DNA of 64,000 nt from a virus. The stretch lies in IMG/VR virus record IMGVR_UViG_3300046457_000118, positions 12,359 through 76,358 of that record. One strand, written 5' to 3'. The translations under genes were made by a program, and so were the position numbers. This document shows positions 57,708 to 64,000 of this stretch, piece by piece. The first letter of the stretch is position 1. Each line of letters begins with the position of its first letter. Under the pieces are notes generated by a model. The model ran no database searches, was not told the DNA's origin, and saw only the letters and a list, made by a program, of their open reading frames with translations.

Positions 57708-60700
57708 TCAGCCCTTCATACAGGAAGCCAGTGCTTCCAACTTGGCGATCTCGTCCCGGATAGCCTTGAGCACCTTGTGAGCAGGTTTGGGTTGACCATC
57801 GTGATCGAACCTCTTTTCATCGGATACCCAGACATCCTTATGTGCTACCGGTGTATTCCAATATGACTTTGGAATCCCTTCTCCGGTATCAACGTTGGAT
57901 TCTTTAGGAGAACTATTGCTGGATGGTACCACACCGGCATCTTGCTTAGAAGCATTGTCGGTAGATGTGGCCGTAGCCGATTGAGCAACCGTGGCCTGAG
58001 CGGCGTCAGCCGCGATTGGGCCGGAAGGTTGCGATTGAGGCGAGGCAGCAGGGGAGTTACGTTGATCGTATTCCTGTTTCCACGCCTGGAACTCGCGCTT
58101 ACCTTCTACCGTATCTTGCGAAGGAATCCCCAGCGTAGCCCGCACCTGCACGATGAATGATGCGTGTTCATCTTGCGGAATCACCTTCATCTGATCTTTC
58201 AAAGCCAGACGCACTTGGGTTGCAGTCTTGCCTTGCGCAAACTGGTCTTCAATCTGTTTGGTCAAGCCAAGGGTATCCGACTGGTCGCGGGCAGCTTGTG
58301 CATTGATATTGGAGAAGCCATCAGCCTTGGGACCGACTTGTACACGAGGAATACTGTTGGGTGTAGTTGTCGAAGTGTCAGCAGAAATATTTTCTGCCTT
58401 ACTCTTAACTTCTTGAGAGATTTGAGTGGGTTTTACAACAGTCTGAACAGGTTTATCGTTCAGACGTGTCTTGCCCTCTCCGGTTTTCTTAGAAGATATG
58501 TTTTGGGACGTAGGTTGTGCAGTGGGATGAGCGGACTGTACCACAGCATTCCCGAAACGCAAAGCCACCGCAGCCGACAGGGAGGCATGTGCTGCCCTCA
58601 GTGCCTTGGCTTCATTCTGGATTTCCTTGATCAGCTTGCCAGAATTTTCGTGCACGTTGACGGCACCGTTCTCTGCACGCTGCTTGTCGTTCAGTCGCTT
58701 GCCTGTATTCACCTGCCACTTACCATCCTGCTTGACGATCTGGTCTCCCACGTCAGCCTTGGCAATGGCCCGCAGCTTTTCCATGTGGCTATCGGCAAAC
58801 GCCCCCAGCAGGGACAGGTTACGCTCGGCACTCTGCTGGTTACCCGACGCCACCGCAGCACCAATGCGAGTACGGTACTGCTCGATGCCGATATTACCGT
58901 TGGGCTTCTTCTGGCCGAACAGCACTTCCTGCGACACATCCGACTGCTTCTTGACTTCGTTCTCTGCCGTGCGTGCTTCACTGAACTTGCGCAGCACATC
59001 ACGCTGTTCCGTACTCAGACCATTCTCGGTGTTGTTCACCAGATTCTTGATGGCACTCGGATCAATCGAGTCCGGTGCGGTCATGGACAGGTTCAGCAGC
59101 ACATCACCTGCCTTCGATGCCACCTTGGTGTCAGTCGAGTTGGCAGCTTCGAGGTGAGTGTCCACTTCAGTCTGGGACGGAGTGGGATTGGCCAGCCGTA
59201 CAAGGTCATGATGTACCTCACGAGCATCGGCCAACTGACGTGTGACTTCACTGAGTCGGTTCTGACGGGCCAACACAGCTTCTTTGCCGGTCAGTCCTTC
59301 CAGTTCAGTACGCATTGCTTTCAGATGATCACCAAACATGGCATGGTCATCCGGTGTTGCATCGGGATCGTTCAGCAAGCTTTCGGTGTTGGTGATCTCT
59401 TCTTTCAGAACCTTGATACGTTCAGGTGCATTGGCTTGCTTCTGTTCTATCTGCTGCTTACGTTCTTCAAGCTGCGAAATGACTTCACCCGACTTCTGCA
59501 AGTGTTCCTGCACTTGTTCAGGCTGTACACCGTCCTGCTTGCTCATTTCATGGAGCACGGCCACTGCCTTGGCAGGGCTATAGTCAGGACTGTTCGTATC
59601 GAGGAAGGTTTCGGGAGCCTTGTCTGCCACCGCTTGCTGCACCTTGGCTTGCTCCGTTGCCGCTTGGGTTTCCGCCTGTGCCCGTTCAGCCACATGTTCT
59701 GGCGTTGCTTGCAGGGCTTCAGCCGTGCCATGCAGACCACCGGACAGGCCAGCACCTGCGACACCACCCACCACAGCACCTTGGAAGATGTCCAGAGCCG
59801 ATGCAGGCTTCTGGTTGATCTCCCCCTCTGCCCACGTCTGGTAGCCCTCGGTCGCCGTTTCTTCTGCGCCACCTTCAGCAGCGGCAATGGCCGTACGCTT
59901 CAGGGATTGCAGCAGGCCCGCCTTGGTCGCCTGTGCACCTGCCTCGGCAGCACCCGCAACACCTTCTGTGGCCTTGGCGATCTTGCCCAGACCGCCCACG
60001 GCATGCTGGAACATGTCACCACCATGTTCGGCAGCAGCCAGCGAGGCCGACAGCAGAGCCATGCGGGTACGTTCATTCTCTGGAGGCATGGCGCCATTGT
60101 GCTGCTTGGCATACTCTTCCAGACCGGTACGGTAGTTGTCGGCTGCATAGCCCACATTGGAAGCCAACATACCTGCCTTGCCCACAGCACCAAACTCACC
60201 CAACAGCAGTTGGGGAGCATTCTCGATGATGTATTCACGGGTTGCCGAAGGGTTGGTGACCACGGCTTCACCAGCATTCATCAGCAAACCAGCGATACCG
60301 GCAACGACCTGACTCGGCTTGCCATCCTTCCAGCCCGACTTGACCTTGTTCCATTCGTTCTCGAAACCATCACCAAGAGCCGTGTTCAACTCATTGCGAT
60401 TGGTTTGTTCGACGATATTCGACAGGTCGAAGGTGTTACGGACATCCTTGGCCTGACTACGAAGGTAGGCTGCATCGCTTGGATTGGAGGTCAACGAGGC
60501 GAAGGTATTGGCTGGCAGCGACAGGATGTCACCAGCCAGACGAGAGCCGCCAGATACCAGCGAAGCCACGTCATTGACACGGTTACTGAGGAAGGAACCA
60601 CCATCCAGTCCCAGTTGCCCAGACCACGAAGTATCCTGTGGTGCCTGCTTCGCTGCCAGTGCAGCCTTCTTGTCGGCAGATGCCTGAGCAAGTTCCACTT

Positions 60701-60761
60701 GCTTGCGTTCGATGTCGGCACTCCGTACCGGACGGAATGCATCGAAGTTGAAGTTGGACAT
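57708..60761 (-). CDS. Virion RNA polymerase N-terminal domain as a separate gene (1017 aa)
   Basis: CAGGAA RBS; EETATEGYQT..EG, VSQEVLFG...GIEQYR, FADSHMEK, LIKEIQNEA; follows the gp51-like gene as N4 gp50 does. Confidence 0.82.
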   Translation of the reverse strand: MSNFNFDAFRPVRSADIERKQVELAQASADKKAALAAKQAPQDTSWSGQLGLDGGSFLSNRVNDVASLVSGGSRLAGDILSLPANTFASLTSNPSDAAYLRSQAKDVRNTFDLSNIVEQTNRNELNTALGDGFENEWNKVKSGWKDGKPSQVVAGIAGLLMNAGEAVVTNPSATREYIIENAPQLLLGEFGAVGKAGMLASNVGYAADNYRTGLEEYAKQHNGAMPPENERTRMALLSASLAAAEHGGDMFQHAVGGLGKIAKATEGVAGAAEAGAQATKAGLLQSLKRTAIAAAEGGAEETATEGYQTWAEGEINQKPASALDIFQGAVVGGVAGAGLSGGLHGTAEALQATPEHVAERAQAETQAATEQAKVQQAVADKAPETFLDTNSPDYSPAKAVAVLHEMSKQDGVQPEQVQEHLQKSGEVISQLEERKQQIEQKQANAPERIKVLKEEITNTESLLNDPDATPDDHAMFGDHLKAMRTELEGLTGKEAVLARQNRLSEVTRQLADAREVHHDLVRLANPTPSQTEVDTHLEAANSTDTKVASKAGDVLLNLSMTAPDSIDPSAIKNLVNNTENGLSTEQRDVLRKFSEARTAENEVKKQSDVSQEVLFGQKKPNGNIGIEQYRTRIGAAVASGNQQSAERNLSLLGAFADSHMEKLRAIAKADVGDQIVKQDGKWQVNTGKRLNDKQRAENGAVNVHENSGKLIKEIQNEAKALRAAHASLSAAVALRFGNAVVQSAHPTAQPTSQNISSKKTGEGKTRLNDKPVQTVVKPTQISQEVKSKAENISADTSTTTPNSIPRVQVGPKADGFSNINAQAARDQSDTLGLTKQIEDQFAQGKTATQVRLALKDQMKVIPQDEHASFIVQVRATLGIPSQDTVEGKREFQAWKQEYDQRNSPAASPQSQPSGPIAADAAQATVAQSATATSTDNASKQDAGVVPSSNSSPKESNVDTGEGIPKSYWNTPVAHKDVWVSDEKRFDHDGQPKPAHKVLKAIRDEIAKLEALASCMKG

Positions 60762-60780
60762 GAAGTTTCCTGAGTGAATG

Positions 60781-60837
60781 TATTTTGGAATTATATACAG
60801 GAAAGGGTGGACCAACGACTGTCAGCCCACCCTTTTG
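60781..60837 (-). promoter_or_regulatory. Terminator-like hairpin followed by a TATAAT -10 box (late promoter candidate)
   Basis: Minus strand GGGTGGGCTGAC-AGTC-GTTGGTCCACCC TTTCCTGTA TATAAT. Confidence 0.5.
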
Positions 60838-60853
60838 CACGAAACCCGCTCCT

Positions 60854-62587
60854 TTAGTTACCCAGCAGCTTCTTCAGTCGTTCACGTTCGGCCATGACCT
60901 TGGCCAGTTCGGCATTCGTGTCAGCGATATCGATGCTGTCCCGGACACTCCCTCGCTTCTGGTAAATCTGAAGGTTGGATTGCAGATCAGCGATCTTGTT
61001 ATCGAGCCGACTTGCAGCTTGCTGTTGTTGGGCCATACGAGCCTTGTCATTGAGAGCAGACTGACGGTCCATCATGGCCTGATTACGCTTGTTGGCTTCG
61101 GCAGCACGAGCCATGAACTCTGCTTTGGCAGCAGCCTTTGCATCTGCTTCCTGCTGGACCGACATCTGACGTGCTTCGAGGTTGGCCGCTTCACGGGCAG
61201 CAAACATGTCAGCACTGGTCGGACCCTGACCGGCAGGCGAATTGCGTGCCTGATTCATCAGGTCATTCAGACGCTGTTGGGCAGGTGGCAGTACAGGGGC
61301 AGCAGGAGCCTGTACGGGTGCCGCAGTAGCCGAAGGAGCACCCACAGCAGGAGCAGCGGGCTGGGCAGGATTGTTCAGCGACTGTGCATCACCGAACGGA
61401 TTAGCTACCAAGGTACCGGCACCTACGGAACGTACAGCAGGCGTACTTGCACCCGTACCCGGATCACCCAAGCCAAGACCTCCAGTCGTCAAGCCATCAC
61501 GGCGTACCTGATTGGCAGCGATCTTGGCGCTCAAGGTCTTACGAAGTTCCTCCGCGTATTTTGCATCCTCGGCACCGGTGCCATTCGCAGCCAATTTAGC
61601 GGCATTACGAGCAGCAGCAGAACGCTCAAGAATACCCAGAGTCCAGCTCTGGTCAATACCCTTGATACTGGCAATGACTGCGTTGGTGGTGATACCAGGA
61701 TTCTTCTTTAGGATCTCAGATGCAGCGATACGTGCCTGTTTCTGATCTGCCGGGTCTTTGATGCTGGCGACAGCATCATCGATCACTGCTTGACCCACCA
61801 GCGAATCTGCCTTGTTCTTGAAGGTATTGGCGTACTCGGTACGATACTTGGCATCACGCGCTTCCAAGTGGTCATCCAGCGCCAACATGGCATTAGCTTC
61901 ATTCACCGAAGCGTTACGACCCGCAATCTTGACCTGTTCTTGATTGGATCGTGCATTCATGAAACCAATCGAAGAATCATTGGCCATGTGCGTGATGCTG
62001 GCCGCGTTCATCTGACCTTTCCAGTCATGCTCTTGGTCAGCATGTGCACGGTCGATCAACTGACGTTGGGCATCGTTACCGTTACGGTACAGGTCGGCCT
62101 TGACACGCAGGTCCATGGAAGGCAGTTCCTTCATGGCCGCATCGATCTGTGTCTTGTCACCGGAAGCCAACATGCCAGCGATACGGTCACGGTCCTTGGC
62201 CTGCGTCTCATCCAGCATCGCATGGTTGTAGGCGATGTCCTTGATGGCACGGTCTTGCAGCACATTGCCACGCTGGTCTGCGAAGTTACGGATGGCCTGC
62301 TGGTCGATACCGGCACCATAGCTGTCCAGTGTGGCACCGAGGTTCTGCTTGGCCTGCTTGAAGGCATCCACGCTGTCGGCACTCATCAGGCGGTTCATCA
62401 CCTCATTGGTGGCATTGGTACGTCCAGCTTGGAAGTTGGAGTCTTGGATCGCACTACGTTGGTCCAGCACGTTATGGATAGCACCGAAACCCATGTCGAA
62501 TGCCCGTGCTGCGGCATCCAATGGGCGACTGGCTTCGGAGAGCGAGGAACCGGGCACATTGTCCCAGCGAATAGGTTGGTAACCCAT
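60854..62587 (-). CDS. Virion ejection/structural protein (N4 gp51-like position)
   Basis: PIRWDNV N-terminus, Ala/Gln-rich, Cys-free; syntenic position. Confidence 0.75.
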   Translation of the reverse strand: MGYQPIRWDNVPGSSLSEASRPLDAAARAFDMGFGAIHNVLDQRSAIQDSNFQAGRTNATNEVMNRLMSADSVDAFKQAKQNLGATLDSYGAGIDQQAIRNFADQRGNVLQDRAIKDIAYNHAMLDETQAKDRDRIAGMLASGDKTQIDAAMKELPSMDLRVKADLYRNGNDAQRQLIDRAHADQEHDWKGQMNAASITHMANDSSIGFMNARSNQEQVKIAGRNASVNEANAMLALDDHLEARDAKYRTEYANTFKNKADSLVGQAVIDDAVASIKDPADQKQARIAASEILKKNPGITTNAVIASIKGIDQSWTLGILERSAAARNAAKLAANGTGAEDAKYAEELRKTLSAKIAANQVRRDGLTTGGLGLGDPGTGASTPAVRSVGAGTLVANPFGDAQSLNNPAQPAAPAVGAPSATAAPVQAPAAPVLPPAQQRLNDLMNQARNSPAGQGPTSADMFAAREAANLEARQMSVQQEADAKAAAKAEFMARAAEANKRNQAMMDRQSALNDKARMAQQQQAASRLDNKIADLQSNLQIYQKRGSVRDSIDIADTNAELAKVMAERERLKKLLGN

Positions 62588-62590
62588 ATA

Positions 62591-63142
62591 TTAGATCCCG
62601 TTGGTTTTCATGTAGTCGGCCACCGACTGGTATGCAGTCGGATTGGCAGCGACACGGGCAGCTTGACGGTCTTGCAGACGCGAGTTCGTCAGGTTGCGTT
62701 GGGCATTGAAGTTCAGGTCGAATGCACGCTTGTTCTGGCTCAGGGTGTCCTTGGCGATACCAAGGTTCTGGAAGCCAAGGTAAGCACCGAGCAGGCCCTG
62801 TGCTGCACCCAGTCCCATGTCGAACAGACCCTGCGTCTTCATGCCGGTCTTGTTGTTGAGCGACGTAGCCCATGGCGTGTCATGGAAAAAACTACTGAGC
62901 GAGTCCCCGAGTCCACCGAACAGACCCTGTTGTGGTGTCATGTTGACGTTGTTCATCATGCCGAGTTGGGGCATGGCGATACCACCCATGTTCATGCCAC
63001 CTGCCGACATGTCAGCAACAGGCGAGTTCTGCCAACTATTCATGAACGAGGACGGTGCATTGAGACTGTTGTAGTAGGACGTGTTGATCGGCGTCGCAGC
63101 ATAACCCTGCATCGACGGGAAGGTAGGCAGGTTTTCAAACAT
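62591..63142 (-). CDS. Virion structural protein (N4 gp52-like)
   Basis: Gly-rich; NFNAQRNLTNSRLQDRQAARVA. Confidence 0.8.
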   Translation of the reverse strand: MFENLPTFPSMQGYAATPINTSYYNSLNAPSSFMNSWQNSPVADMSAGGMNMGGIAMPQLGMMNNVNMTPQQGLFGGLGDSLSSFFHDTPWATSLNNKTGMKTQGLFDMGLGAAQGLLGAYLGFQNLGIAKDTLSQNKRAFDLNFNAQRNLTNSRLQDRQAARVAANPTAYQSVADYMKTNGI

Positions 63143-64000
63143 AGAGTTCTCCTAGAGTGTCAGTCAATTTCGGGAGCGTCAGCCTCGTTTCCACAAACGA
63201 CGAAACTGCCTCGATCCCCACAATCCCAATGTTACCGGAATGCACGGTACGTTGATATAACTCATCAGGGGTTTCACCCCAAATGATGATAGGGTCCAGA
63301 TGGACATTCCCATCGAGCAGGTCCTGTGCCTTCTCCAGCAGATGGGTCTGGGTATCCTTGTACTTCTCGAAGGCTTCAGCATCGGCACGCAGGGCATTGA
63401 ACTCCATACCCAACTCCTTGACAACTTCCTTGGATAGGCCTGTGGAGACGTTGACCAGTTCAGCAGCCCATGGGGCTCCTTCCACGCTGCCTGCTTGAGC
63501 GATCTGGTACATACCGAATACGGCTGCAACGATTGCCGTGATGAAGGCAATACGTGCACCAACCACCTTGACGAACAGATGTATCGCAATCGACACCGCA
63601 ATGTACTTGATGATGAAGACGGCAATCGCATAGTAGGCCGCAGTAGCCGCTGCTCCACCAGCAGCAATGGCAGAGACTAGTCCCTGTATGGTGGCTCCGT
63701 AAGAGATGATGGTGATTACGACAGCAACGATCACCAGTACGACACGGAACACGCCAGTTTGGTACCACTTCAGCTTGGTCACCACTCGACTGTTGAAGAT
63801 GTAGTGCAGACTGCGGGCGTACAGTTCTTCCTTCTCGAACAACTGATAGGAACTGACGATGGAGTAATCCAATGGCACCAGCAGGATGTCATCACTCTCG
63901 TCGGCAGTGGTAGTGTAGTCTCCCCATACCCAGTACATCATCTTCAGATTGGTGACCGCCAGTTCTTCATACACGTTCTCGCTGATCTGACGACGGTAGT
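63135..64000 (-). CDS. Virion structural protein (N4 gp53-like), 5' part outside the window
   Basis: KLKWYQTGVF followed by hydrophobic helices; frame open to the window edge. Confidence 0.78.
   Translation of the reverse strand, partial: YRRQISENVYEELAVTNLKMMYWVWGDYTTTADESDDILLVPLDYSIVSSYQLFEKEELYARSLHYIFNSRVVTKLKWYQTGVFRVVLVIVAVVITIISYGATIQGLVSAIAAGGAAATAAYYAIAVFIIKYIAVSIAIHLFVKVVGARIAFITAIVAAVFGMYQIAQAGSVEGAPWAAELVNVSTGLSKEVVKELGMEFNALRADAEAFEKYKDTQTHLLEKAQDLLDGNVHLDPIIIWGETPDELYQRTVHSGNIGIVGIEAVSSFVETRLTLPKLTDTLGELYV

Noticed and set aside
58164-60773. 869-aa plus-strand ORF, and similar long ORFs at 20222-22267, 30903-32921 and 47283-49232
   Set aside because: Antisense shadows of real genes, expected from codon bias; no RBS or recognisable motifs
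1-64000. tRNA genes, integrase, reverse transcriptase/DGR, thymidylate synthase, dCTP deaminase
   Set aside because: None recognised by eye; part of the genome lies outside the window, so absence is not claimed

Overview
The window is most of the genome of an N4-like podophage (Schitoviridae), about 55-60% GC by eye. It runs from inside the early region to the ejection/structural genes. Rightward block: small early ORFs, a Drc/gp2-like ssDNA-binding cofactor, two-subunit RNAP II with an HNH-AP2 gene between the subunits, MoxR ATPase and VWA metallopeptidase, Dda-like helicase, DNA polymerase A, rIIA/rIIB and a second VWA protein. Leftward block: spanins, GH19 endolysin, holin and large receptor-binding genes. 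Second rightward block: class II RNR, exonuclease, primase, Sak4-like ATPase, SSB and RuvC. Final leftward block: virion RNA polymerase (vRNAP) and ejection proteins. The main oddity is that the normally single ~3500-aa vRNAP is split into a 1017-aa N-terminal gene and a 2696-aa polymerase+CTD gene. Between them lies a 7-gene, ~3.9-kb fibre/LamG-like cassette. Each new end carries a short helical module with one of only three cysteines I find in the whole protein, suggesting a docking or disulfide 'clasp'. The window also has a ~350-nt highly base-paired intergenic RNA candidate, a structured lysis leader and a family of N4-type triloop hairpins. All family assignments come from motif recognition and gene order; no searches were run.
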